This document shows, piece by piece, positions 11,513 to 23,593 of a stretch of DNA of 64,000 nucleotides; the first letter of the stretch is position 1; every line of letters begins with the position of its first letter. A program made the translations under genes and the position numbers. Source of the stretch: Eledone cirrhosa (taxonomy: Eukaryota); the NCBI GenBank assembly GCA_964016885.1, contig OZ024740.1:285510001-285574000 (forward strand), written 5' to 3'. The notes under the pieces were generated by a model, which was not told the origin of the DNA, ran no database searches, and was given only the letters and a program-made list of their open reading frames with translations.

Positions 11513-12261
11513 GTGGTGGATGGGTGCTACACGAGAATGCTGAGGATGGCTCTGAACATTAATCAGTATACACTGAGGATGAAAAACTCAGAGCTGTATG
11601 GGAGCATCCCAAAAGTCAGCTCAAAAGTGACACAGAGGAGACTGAGGTTAGCTGGACATGCTCTCCGACATCCAGAGTTGACATTGCACTCAGTACTCCT
11701 TTGGGAGCCCCTACATGGACACACTAGAAGAGGAAGACCAAGGTTAACGTATGTTGATGCCCTAAGGATAGCACAAATTGCTCATATTTGTGTATGAACA
11801 GCCATCATCTAATAGTCGCCACAGTGTAGAGCTCTAAGGATTTCCTGTAATACCCTTTACATGTCTCCGTCACCTTTGTTCTCTCACCAGCCAGCTGGGA
11901 TATCAAATAGAACCAGTAGAGCTGTAGAGCTACCCACACAAATAGATTGTTTATAATGGTGAATGCTTGTGTTGGACCAGCCACACTTTTCGGAAATGTT
12001 GATAACAATGGATTGGTGCAAAAGTTCACCACAAACCCAGTGAACAACACACCTCAGCTATTTGTTGCCATTAACTTTCAACCTTTGATAGATTTTGTTT
12101 TTCATTCCACAAGGTGTCCAAAAATCACCCTCCACACCAAGCAAGCTCTACTGTGGGTTCCTTCTACTGGGATTACCTGGCACTTCTTCACCCAGCGATA
12201 ATGAGGGATAGAGACCGCTGGAGAGAACTCGTCCATGGATCTCGGGAATTTTACCCGCCTT

Positions 12262-12263
<2 letters not shown>
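11513..12263 (+). mobile_element. RTE LINE 3' end in forward orientation, interrupted by ~430 bp of unrelated sequence
   Basis: ORF 11513-11797 has DGCYTRMLRMALN, RRLRLAGH, LLWEP and GRPRLTYVD. 12201-12263 encodes MRDRDRWRELVHGSREFYPP*, a typical RTE C-terminus, followed by (TA)n. Confidence 0.85.
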
Positions 12264-12355
<92 letters not shown>

Positions 12356-12389
12356 CCGAAGGCATGGTATAAATTTCCAATCATTTTAA

Positions 12390-12463
12390 TCACGACACAT
12401 GTTTCAATAAGAGATAGATCGATCGTGTAGCCATGATCGATTATCACTGATCTCGTCAGGTGA
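12390..12463 (-). ncRNA. Type I hammerhead ribozyme motif (PLE/retrozyme type)
   Basis: Minus strand reads TCAC-CTGACGA-[long stem II with ATCGATC/GATCGAT]-GAAA-CATGTGTC-GTGA. Core boxes, a GUC cleavage triplet and stem I TCAC/GTGA are present. Confidence 0.75.
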
Positions 12464-12600
12464 AAGTGATACTCCGTTTTACATCATCTAGCTGCTCCCA
12501 TAAATGGAATTGAAGATATACAAAAGCGTGGAGAACTTAATATTGCTAACAAAAATTTTATTGGACCGTTTGACACAACCAATTATTTGACACAACACCT

Positions 12601-12674
<74 letters not shown>

Positions 12675-12779
12675 ATTTACATATACACAAACTATACAAA
12701 GTCACAGATATATATGTGTTTTGGCAACCATTCACGATGTGGCTCAATGATGAATTAATAAATTAAATAATCAGAGCAA

Positions 12780-13145
12780 TATACTATAAAATATGTCCAT
12801 AGATTCATTTGATAATATATACACACCATTTCCTCTCCCAATTACCATAATTAACCACACAAAAAATCAATTAGACCAGGCTATAAGATTAAAAGGCGCC
12901 TATGAAGAAATAGTAGATAAATAAACGACAGCAATCTCTTCGCGGCCAACCTGCGTTGCTGTTGAAATATTCTATGGCGGTTGGCCGCGAAGAGATTGCT
13001 GTCGTTTATTTATCTACTATTTCTTCATAGGCGCCTTTTAATCTTATAGCCTGGTCTAATTGATTTTTTGTCTGGTTAATTATGGTAATTGGGAGAGGAA
13101 ATGGTGTATATATATTATCAAATGATTCTATGGACATACATTATA

Positions 13146-13150
<5 letters not shown>
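12780..13150. repeat. Palindrome with ~170-bp arms and a 27-nt loop (12952-12978)
   Basis: The arms are reverse complements with few mismatches. The right arm runs into (TA)n. Confidence 0.9.
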
Positions 13151-13184
<34 letters not shown>

Positions 13185-13187
<3 letters not shown>

Positions 13188-13965
13188 TTATTAAAATAAC
13201 AGATTAAAGTCTAAGCAAAGAATCGCTGCTTTCACCCTTAACGGGATCTTCTGAAACTAACAAAGTCAATCTGTAAACGCAGAAGTGGATATTTCAAAAA
13301 ACGTTGCAACCGGAGGAAGACAGGAAGACGATACTTTGGTTCGTGGAAACGTTCGCTGGCAAAGAACGGGAAAAAACGAATAATACGTCATTAATAGGAG
13401 CGGTGAAAAACAATTACGCGCAAATACAGAACCACGTTTATGGTATAAAAGAGGTCGTAGACTAATGTTCTCTTAGGTGGTGCATAGAGACGTTCTCTGG
13501 CAATGAACGAAAAAACGAAGATAATAAGTCATATGTGGAGCGTGGATAACAATAGCACGCAAAGACAAAACCACGTAAATGGTATAGCAGAAGTTGTAGA
13601 CTAAAATTCTGACCTCTTTTATACCATAAACGTGGTTCTGTATTTGCGCGTAATTGTTTTTCACCGCTCCTATTAATGACGTATTATTCGTTTTTTCCCG
13701 TTCTTTGCCAGGGAACGTTTCCACGAACCAAAGTATCGTCTTCCTGTCTTCCTCCGGTTGCAACGTTTTTTGAAATATCCAGTTCTGCGTTTACAGATTG
13801 ACTTTGTTAGTTTCAGAAGATCCCGTTAAGGGTGAAAGCAGCGATTCTTTGCTTAAACTTTAATCTGTTATTTTAATAAATATTTGCTCTACGGTTCTTA
13901 TATATTTGATATATATTTTCCTTATCGAGCCCTCTTTGGATTTTAGTCTTCAATTTTATTATTAT

Positions 13966-13970
<5 letters not shown>
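13185..13970. mobile_element. Repeat element with an inverted duplication (arms ~13185-13457 and ~13611-13883), bounded by (TA)n
   Basis: Reverse-complement arms of ~270 bp. The right arm continues to the family 3' end seen at 1-620. Confidence 0.85.
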
Positions 13971-14038
<68 letters not shown>

Positions 14039-14041
<3 letters not shown>

Positions 14042-15341
14042 GGTGGGGCATAATTCCTGTTACAAAGTTTTAAATCAATTTAAAAATACATTATGTTGCT
14101 AATATAACTAATATATTTGTATCAAATCCATGCACTATAACCATATTAACTATTTTTCAGAATATTACTCCATTAACAATTTGCAATGTCCATAGTATTG
14201 AAAAGAAAGTTCATAATAGAGAAGCATGAAAAAGGCCTGACTCCACCCAAGATATTTAAACTGGGGAAAATTCTTAAGATCAATAGAATGTTGATCAAAA
14301 GGACAATCGATCGATTTAAGGAAACTTCCTCAACCAAAGACGGACCTCAATCCGGACGCCCTCGCACCTCAGGAACACCAAAACTCGTTAAAAGTATGAG
14401 GGAAAAAATAAGGCGTAATCCAAGAAGGTCCATGAGAAAAATGGTAGTAGAAGCAGAAACATCACCAAGAACTATGCGGAGGATATGTCGAGATGATCTG
14501 GGGATGTCACCCTATAAGTTCCAAAAGAGGCAGCTTCTTTCTGCACCCACAATTGAAAAGAAGCTCTCCAGAAGTAAACTGTTATTGAACCGTATCAAGG
14601 ATGGCATGCTGCAAAACATCATCTTTACAGATGAGAAGTTATTCACTGTGCAGCAGTCTCACAATCATCAAAATGATCGAATACTTGCAAAAAGTCTCAA
14701 ATCAATTCCTTCAAGTGTAGGAAAAGTGTTCAGAACACAGAAACCAGCATCAGTGATGGTTTGGGCAGCCATTTCTGAAAGAGGGAAGTCTCCTCTGATT
14801 TGTGTGCCTCAAGGAGTTAAAATTAACAAAGAACTTTACATAAAGGATATTTTGGAAGGAGCACTGATGCCATGGTGCACATCTGTTTATGGCGATGACA
14901 TTTGGACTCTCCAACAAGATGGAGCGACGAGCCACACTGCTCGCGTAACACAACAGTGGTGTAGAGACCATTGTCCTGCATGGATCAGTAAGGAAGAGTG
15001 GCCTCCCACATCACGAAATCTCAACCTCTCGATTTTTCTTTATGGTCAATTCTTGAGACTGAAGCCTGCTCTACTCCTAGCCAAATTATTGAAACTCTAA
15101 AATCAAAACTGAATAAAGTATGGGAGAAAATACCCATGGAAACTGTTCGTGCAGCCATCGAAGACTTTCCTAGAAGACTTCGAGCAGTAGTGAGAGCTAG
15201 AGGAAAGCATTTCGAATACATTTTTGTGCAGTTGTTTAATAGTATATTACTTACTATTTGTTGAAGTCAGATCTTGAAATAAATGATTTTTTCAAGAAAT
15301 ATTTGCATTTTATTTTGTAACAGTTTTTATGCCCCACCCTG
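14039..15341 (+). mobile_element. Full-length Tc1/mariner DD37D (maT) transposon with a frameshifted transposase
   Basis: TIRs CAGGGTGGGGCATAA...TTATGCCCCACCCTG in (TA)n. The transposase (14186-~15220) has GRPRT, FTDEKLF, VMVWAAIS, QQDGATSH and WPPTS.NLN(P)LDF. The second and third D are 37 residues apart. There is a 1-bp deletion near 15026. Confidence 0.93.
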
Positions 15342-15371
15342 TATATATATAAATATATATATATATATATT

Positions 15372-16700
15372 TGACTCCTTCTTCTTCACTTTTCGTTGCA
15401 TTACCATCTTTGTTTGTTTACTGTCTCGCTCGTTCCCCCCATTTACGTGTCCCAACGACTTTCTTTAGCCGTTGCTCGCACCAACTACAGGTATATGGTC
15501 TTTAAAGCGATGAAATACCAATGAAGGCTGGAAGATCACTGATGAAGGACTAAATTTATTCATATGTAACCCATATGCAACCACGCAGCACGCCATTTTT
15601 TCATATTTTTCATATATATTTTCCTCCGCTGTGACCCGTCTGTTTCTTTCTTACTGCTTCCCCTTTCTATGTATCTCTCACTTCCTTTTACCCCCTCTAC
15701 CAGTCACTCTCTCTGTTAGCCTCTTCCTCACACTTTCACTTACTCACTTTCTGCTACTCCCCCTCCTACTTCTTCCCGTTTGACCTGTGCGAGATTCTTT
15801 CCTCACTCACACTTCGACCAGGTCGGATGGTCTTTATTCTCTCGTCCACGATTTCACAGAACTTATGTTCATCGATTTCGGGGACTTGACTCCTTCTTCC
15901 TCACTTTTCGTTGCATTACCATCTTTGTTTGTTTACTGTCTCACTCGTTCCCCCTATTTACGTGTACCAACGACTTTCTTTAGCTGTTGCTCGCACCAAT
16001 CAAAGGTATATGGTCTTTAAAGCGATGAAATATCAATGAAGGCTGGAAGATCACTGATGAAGGACTAATTTTATTCATATGTACCCCATTTGCAACCACG
16101 CAGCACGCCATGTTTTCATATATATATATATGAAAAACAAGGGGAAGAAGAATACTGCATGGTTGCACATGGATTACATATTATAAAATTAGTCCCTTAT
16201 CAGAGATTTTGCCAACCATCATTGGTATTTCATCGCATTAAAAATCAGATACCTCAGGTTGGTGCGAGCAATAACTAAAATAAGTAAAGCGAGTGAGACA
16301 AGTAAACAACAGAAGGGAAAGCAAACCGAAGGTTGGAAAACAGCAAGCCACATGATAGTTATCCGATCAGCATAAACTGGGTGAATTTCATGAGCGGTCA
16401 GAGAAGCAGACCGTACGCCGTGAGTGCGGTGTGAGAAAGAAGGAACCCCACTAATAGCGAACGGGAGGAAGTGAGAAGGGGAGAAACAGAGAGTGAGTGA
16501 GTGGAAGTGCGAGGAAGAGGTCAGTCGAGAGGAAAAGTGTAACTGACAAAGAGGGTGAAAGAAGGTAAGAGAAACAGAGAGAACGGGGGAGCAGAAAGAG
16601 AGAAACAGATAATCGCAGTTTAGGTAAATATATATGAAAAACAAGGGGAAGAAGAATACTGCATGGCTGCACATGGATTACATATTATAAAATTGGTTGC
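15372..16700. repeat. Dispersed copies of the satellite unit (forward 15372-16115; diverged inverted relative 16130-16700)
   Basis: Same sequence as the units of 35965-49800 (GATCACTGATGAAGGACTAA etc.). Confidence 0.85.
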
Positions 16701-16708
16701 ACATGGAT

Positions 16709-16747
<39 letters not shown>

Positions 16748-16817
16748 AGGCAGTGTAACGTGCAGTTACTGTAGGTTCATCCAGTCCAGCACTCGAGCTA
16801 AACAGAGTGTAAATATA

Positions 16818-17006
16818 ATAATTGTTTCTACTTTTGGCACAAGGCCAGCAATTACCCAGTGGATTACTGGTACTTTATTTTATCGACCCCGTAAGGATGA
16901 AAGGCAAAGTTAATCTCCGCGAGATTTGAACTCAGAATGGCAAGGGCTCTAACTCTATGCGTCAAAGCATGGCGTCCGACCCTCTACCGATACTGCCAAT
17001 CCACCA
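16818..17006 (-). mobile_element. SINE family A with a long target-site duplication
   Basis: SINE body flanked by CTAAACAGAGTGTAAATmTAATA on both sides. Confidence 0.85.
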
Positions 17007-17445
17007 CTAAACAGAGTGTAAATCTAATAATACAAGGACGATTATTATGTCGACGAGCTTTTGATTCCAGGGTCGGGTCAGATCGATACAGATCGAACCT
17101 TGAGCTGATCAATAGCGAAATGCACGTCACCAATCAATAAACGTAATGAAGACATAACAAATCGTCCTATACATATATATCGGGAATCGCTCTGTATAAT
17201 CAGTTCCTGATTATTACTGGAATTCTATAAGAATCCAGCCTCTATAATTTTCGGCAGAGGTCAGGGAGTACGTTGCTCTGAGGAACACCAACAGTGTGAA
17301 ACAGAATCTGTCAGCTTCTCTCCCTTCCTTTGCCGAAAAAGGAAGTAAGTGACATAGTCACTACTTTAAAATGATAGCGCAAGGTCTTCAAAATATTTTT
17401 AATTAAACATACGGTATATTGCCAAATATACTAGACATACATACA

Positions 17446-17485
<40 letters not shown>

Positions 17486-17934
17486 GTGATCCAGTGAATT
17501 ATTGGTGGCGGTACTAAATCAAGCACTCTACTCTATGCACAGGTAGAGTGAGGTTTCGTTTACATGTATAAGATCTTTTATTGTGTATCGACGTTTCACA
17601 GAGGATTGGTTCAGCCTCACCCATATCGATCTGGCGATGTGGCAAAAAATATAGTGTTTGTGATATGATGGGTGTATATATAAGCATCGGCCCTACTTTT
17701 TTTTTTTTTTTTTTTTTGTATGTGTGGTCGTATGTGGGTGTTGGAGTGCAATAGGTAAGGCAGCTTTGAGCATGTATATACAAACGTATGTTCATATGCG
17801 TGTGTGCGTGTAAAGATTCATGTGTGCCTGCTTGCGCGCATGGGTGCGTGTTAGTATGTGAATTAGACATTCAAAGACTAGCTATTGTGTTAACAGGAAG
17901 CTGAATGTGAGGGTGATCATATAGGCGGAGGAAG

Positions 17935-18295
17935 GGGGTCATACTACGATGACCCAGTAAGAGGTCATCGTATCAGTAAATGGTAAAGACCCCCTTCGGT
18001 CAGGAATGACCATAGGATTTGCACCTAGAAAGTTCCCCTCCGAGGCACAAGTCCGGGCAAGGTTGTTTGTGGAAGACCAGTAATCGCCCATGCATACCAG
18101 TCTCCCCTCTCCACGCCACCGATGTTGTCCATGGGAAGCAGGTTGGCACCAGTGGCGGCGCAACTCATTTCTACAGCTGAATGAACTGGAGCAACATGAA
18201 AAAAAATGTCTTGCTCAAGAACACAACACAAAGCCTGGTCCGAGAATCGAACTCATAACCCCACGACGTCCTAACCAATACGCCATGCGCCTTCA
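17935..18295 (-). mobile_element. tRNA-derived SINE related to family B
   Basis: Minus strand reads GGCGCATGGCGTATTGGTTAGG...GAGTTCGATTCTCGG...TTCTTGAGCAAGACA. Confidence 0.7.
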
Positions 18296-18312
18296 TATCG
18301 TATTAGTAATAC

Positions 18313-18368
<56 letters not shown>

Positions 18369-19490
18369 CTGGAGATTCGCGCGCATTCAGACCCCCCCCC
18401 CCCCCCTAAGTTCATTTATTTATTATCTTACAACATAAGATGTTTCAGCAACGCTAGTGTTTGCAAAGTCTCTTCCCAGAATTGTAGACTACTAATATCT
18501 CAAGATCGAATCTCTTGTGTATCACTTACCCACATCAACATACATATGTATGTTTATGTGTGTGTACTTGTGTGCTTCTTTCATTATTTAATTGATTTCA
18601 TAATTAAGAAGAAGAAAAACAAAAACTTTTCGCTTTCTGGATAAAGCTTAGATGCAGCTGTCAACATCAACAGCCGAGAAATAAGTGATATGGACAGAGC
18701 TAGGATGGGCGCACACGTTTGCACAGACAATGCATGCGTTTACAGAGATATATGTCTTTAGTATTACATCTCTTCCGTCCTAATATATTTAATTGAAGTG
18801 AAATAATCGGTGGGAAACACTGATTACATAAGTTCACATTAAAACAAAACAGGGAAAAAAATATGTTGCGAATATATAAAGGAAGTTAGATACAAAAGCC
18901 ATATCCCCCTACTCCGCCGTCGTCCCTTCGGTAAAATACCAAATGTGAATGCATGTGTACAATCATGAAATATCACTTGCCCACATCAACATACATATGT
19001 ATGTGTATGTGTAATTGAACTTTGGAACTAGTTTACAGTAACAACGTCAATTTTCCATTAAGCTTTTGCTAATTAGCCTGGCAGTTTTACTCTGCTTGTT
19101 GGTGTCAACGATAAAGGTCGTATAATGAATGAGGTTGAAACGGCTAAGGGTCTTTTGTGTTGTTTTAATTAACGGAATTCCCCACCCCTCCTCAAATATG
19201 GGGTCAGTTTATTACAAAATTTATATTATTTTTCAATTTTTTCTTTCTCTAACATTTTCTTCCACGATGTAATGTTATGACTTCTCCAGACAATCAACTC
19301 ACTTGTAGCAAAATCCTATAAGACATCTTAAATTGAAATAAAAGTAAAATCCGATGAAAATGACGATCGCATTAAACGTGTGATTTCTTCCATAAAATAG
19401 TACTATATTTAGGGTTATATAGATATATTTTGCTTTAATCAATTTATTATAAATGAAAATCTAATTCCCAATACAAGCAACATTTATACA

Positions 19491-21582
19491 TATAGCGAGA
19501 TTACTGGTTGTATGAATGTAACAAAACGAGACAATGTTTGTGTATATAATATTTAATTAACGGTAGATAGAATACTTGACATGTCAAAGATAGATGTTAG
19601 AATGAAACAAAGTTAGTAGTTACCGTTTTGATTGCCAGGCAAACGCGGCTGGCAGAGGGCGCCTGGCTAAGGCCAGGCGCCTGTTGGCCAAATTAATGGC
19701 AGAGCCAAATGAGAGGCTCTTCGACCTGGTGCCGAAAAGGCAAAGAGAGAAAGGAAGCTTAAAGTTGTTAGTTTTATAGGGCTCTGACCGGAAGTTGCAG
19801 AAAGGGTTCCACTTCCCGTCTAGATCCTAATCAAAACAAGGGAGACAACCGCTACATAACCTCCCGCCAGAATTTTAGTGTATAAAAATCGAAATGAAAA
19901 TATGTAGCAAGTTGGCGAGAATGTTGTAACAGGCATGAAAATTACGACAAAAGAATGTTTGGAAAAATCAATGATAGATATCAAGGTAGCCAACCGCTCT
20001 TGGCCAGAGAACGACTGGACATCCATCTATCCATCACCCAAAGATACAATGTAATAAAGTAAAAGTAATAGAAGAGCTCAAAGTTCAAAATATAGTTCAC
20101 AGGTGTGCAATCACAAGACAGCAGGAAAGAAAGTGTGTTCCAGAGAATGAATGCAGGTGGTTTCTGTTCTGTGGTATATCGTGAAATTTCCAACCTCCGA
20201 ATGGATTTTCTCACAGGAAGAGTGCTGCAAAAATGAATTCTCTGGCTTTGGTGAAGCTGTATTGATGTATTGCTGTTGCTGCTGCTGTTGTCTCGCTGAG
20301 TGAGCGTATTCGGTGTTTAAATTCACAGTAAAAAAATTTTTTTTTAGAAAAAAATGAGTTGCGCAAAGTGCTAGAAATAGCAGCCGAAGTTGATGGTCGA
20401 TGTTGAGAATGCGTTGACCTGGAAGGGTCAAGAGGCCAGCGACCAGAGAAATAAGCATTCTTAATAAATGCGCGGTTATCAACGGTAAATTTACATTGTA
20501 AATTTATAAACCGGCAAATAGAAGAATATAGCTTAAGGCTGAAGAATCCTTGGGGGAGAAATGCTATCTCTGGCGTGCGGCTGTCTGTGAGTAGAGACAT
20601 CTCAGTGAATCGAGAATTTATGCTGCCTACACGTGCCAATACAAGGTTGAAAAAAAATATTTCTAACGCGCGAGAAAATGATAGTGCAATTTTGAAAGTG
20701 ACAATGATGAAAAAGAAAGGCTTCACTCAGCATAATTATTGGTGTGAACTCTGGAAAAAAACAAAACACTAGAACGATGAAGAAAACGATGAACAAAAGG
20801 CAATGGTTCATCGAAAATAAATGTTCCTGTTGAAATGTTTTTTAAAGAATATCAAATTTCTTTTTTTTTTTTTTTGTGTTTTGAAAGAGTTCGTTGTAAG
20901 AAACGAGAAACATATATATATATCGTGAAATGTTTTTTTTTGTTTTGAAAGTGTTCGTTGTAAGAAACGAGAAACATATATATATATATTGGTGAAATGC
21001 GACAGTTAATTGATGCGTGAGAGAAAAAGTATGTCTGTGCGAATTCCACATGTGCGTGTGTGCGTGTCCTTGAGTATTTTCATAGTTTGTCGCTAAATTT
21101 GCTGTGTATTCGTAATGTTACTCACAAAACCAGATGTGCTATTTTTTTCTTTTTTTGGGGGTGACCACTTATAGCGATGAACGGCTGCGTGTTCGTATCA
21201 CGTCAGGGTTACCAATATAGCGAGGGGTACTGGGTGTATGAATGTAACAAAACGAGACAATGTTTGTGTATATAATATTTAATTAACGGTAGATAGAATA
21301 CTTGACATGTCAAAGATAGATGTTAGAATGAAACAAAGTTAGTAGTTACCGTTTTGATTGCCAGGCAAACGCGGCTGGCAGAGGGCGCCTGGCTAAGGCC
21401 AGGCGCCTGTTGGCCAAATTAATGGCAGAGTCAAATGAGAGGCTCTTCGACCTGGTGCCGAAAAGGCAAAGAGAGAAAGGAAGCTTAAAGTTGTTAGTTT
21501 TATAGGGCTCTGACCGGAAGTTGCAGAAAGGGTTCCACTTCCCGTCTAGATCCTAATCAAAACAAGGGAGACAACCGCTACA
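19491..21582 (-). mobile_element. Non-autonomous Gypsy-like LTR retrotransposon (LTRs 19491-19856 and 21216-21582)
   Basis: Near-identical ~366-bp LTRs with termini TGTAGCG...CGCTATA and a 4-bp TSD TACA. The PBS TGGTAACCCTGACGTGAT (21197-21214) matches the tRNA-Trp type at 16/18. A purine-rich GGCGGGAGG precedes the 3' LTR. The 1.36-kb interior has no RT. Confidence 0.9.
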
Positions 21583-22437
21583 TACACTTCAAATGCAAAG
21601 GAAATATATTCATATATGGGGTAAAAAGTATTGCAGCTGAAATGACTTAACCCTAATCAATTTGATTGAAATAATTATTTCTACTGTAGGCACAAAGTCA
21701 GCAATTATTTGGGAAATAATAGTCTATATTATAAAAGTCAAGCTGATCTCCATCTATCTGTCCGTCAAAACATATATAAAGAAGGAGGGAAGAAGTGGAG
21801 GAATCAAAAAGGGAGATATCCCCTGTCACAACATATATGTAGGAGGGAAGAAGGGGAGGAGAAATATAGTGAGAGAGACAGGGTGAAAGATAGATAGAAA
21901 GTTTAAAGTGTAATTCAACAATGCGGTGACGTCATAATAGAAACTTACGTGTTGATAGACATCATTTAAAATTCCCCCGTTTTTAACTAGCGAATTGTAG
22001 TTAGAAACTCTCTGGAGAGCTGGACAACAGAAAGTCTTCAGAAAAGAAACCCACCCCAAGCGAGTGTTTTGACCCTTAACTTCTATGGAATATGAAACAA
22101 AGTATTCTAAATAAATGTTATTGTTCAACAGCATTCAAACTGTTATTAACCTTCACCGAGAAAATCAATCTAAACATTGTTTGAACAATTTATGAAGGTA
22201 TGTATATGATTAACAAATATTTTTACCGGAAGCGTAGTGTGTGTCCTTCAACATATAAACTAGGTAACAGAAACTTCAAAAAAAGATCTTGACATTTGTC
22301 CGTCACTGTTATATGTATATTCTCGGGTTTCGAATAGTCGTCCACCCTATTATTTGGCACCCGAAAATATAGTTATGTTTCTGGTTGTTTGTGTGTGCAT
22401 GGTATTTTACCGGCAGCATAGAGACGGGATTATTATT

Positions 22438-22620
22438 CGGTGGATTGGCAGTATCGGTAGAGGGTCGGGCGATATTCTTTGCAGCAAAGAGTTATGGCCC
22501 TTTATGATCTGAGTTCAAATCGCGCCGAGGTTAACTTTGCCTTTCATCCTTACGGGGTCGATAAAATAAAGTACCAGTAATGCACTGGGTAATTGCTGGC
22601 CTTGTGAAAAGTAGAAACAA
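22438..22620 (+). mobile_element. SINE family A
   Basis: TGGCAGTATCGGTAGAG head, GAGTTCAAAT B-box and the common body. Confidence 0.85.
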
Positions 22621-23375
22621 TTATTATTATTATTATTATTATTATTCTTTGAGTCTCAGTCATTGATGTTATTTAACTGGAAATTTTGTTGAAATGAATA
22701 TCAAGCCGCTACCTGCAGCCTCAGATATTCAGGACGTATCGGAGGGTTCTTGCTGTTCCCAGCAAAAAGCGGGGTTGGACTAAGTTTGTTGAAATGAATA
22801 TCAAGCCGCTACCTGCAGCCTCAGATATTCAGGACGTATCGGAGGGTTCTTGCTGTTCCCAGCAAAAAGCGGGGTTGGACTAAGTTTGTTGAAATGAATA
22901 TCAAGCCGCTACCTGCAGCCTCAGATATTCAGGACGTATCGGAGGGTTCTTGCTGTTCCCAGCAAAAAGCGGGGTTGGACTAAGTTTGTTGAAATGAATA
23001 TCAAGCCGCTACCTGCAGCCTCAGATATTCAGGACGTATCGGAGGGTTCTTGCTGTTCCCAGCAAAAAGCGGGGTTGGACTAATTTTCTTTAACCATCCT
23101 TGGAAACTCTTTGAGATAGTACCCAGTGCGCCTATGACAATCGGGACGACCTTGATTTCATGGCAGTTCCAAATCCTTTTTACCTCCCACTTAAAGTCCT
23201 GGTATCGGTTAATTTTCTCCCTCTCCTTTTCTTGCACTCTCGTGTCAAATGAGCAGGCTACATCTACAATCAGGCATGATCTTTTTTCCTTGTTCAAAAC
23301 CACCAAGTCAGGCCTATTGTGTTCCAGTTTCTTGTCCGCCTGTATCCTAAAATCCCATAGCACCTCCACCTGATC
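22620..23375 (-). mobile_element. 3' fragment of an R4/Dong-type RLE non-LTR element with a 4x tandem 100-bp repeat near its 3' end
   Basis: LWDFRIQAD..LEHNRPDLVV..IVDVAC..EKINRYQD..VVPIVIGALG is a PD-(D/E)xK RLE. There is an (AAT)n tail. Exact 100-bp repeats start at 22686, 22786, 22886 and 22986. Confidence 0.85.
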
Positions 23376-23593
23376 GTTGTGTGCTCTCACACAACACCCC
23401 CAAAAATTCACACACCTCCACACATACAAATCACTCGCATCACACAGAAAACGTACACGACACTAAAACAAAAATTCCCCTAGGAAATCGGAGACTTCTG
23501 ACAAACACTCTCCAGGAGGATTTATAAGAACATACTTCCTCTACGAGAAGTGAGTTAAGTGGTCTTTCCCATCTTTTTCCACTCCTTTCCAAC

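Noticed and set aside
13810-13845. Hammerhead-like CAGAAGA-TCCC..GGGT-GAAA (also ~465-500 and ~13225-13255)
   Set aside because: The core reads CAGA rather than CUGA and there is no clear stem I or cleavage site. It is at most a relic.
22686-23083. Regular direct repeats resembling a CRISPR array
   Set aside because: There are no unique spacers. It is an exact tandem duplication of a LINE 3' end in eukaryotic DNA.
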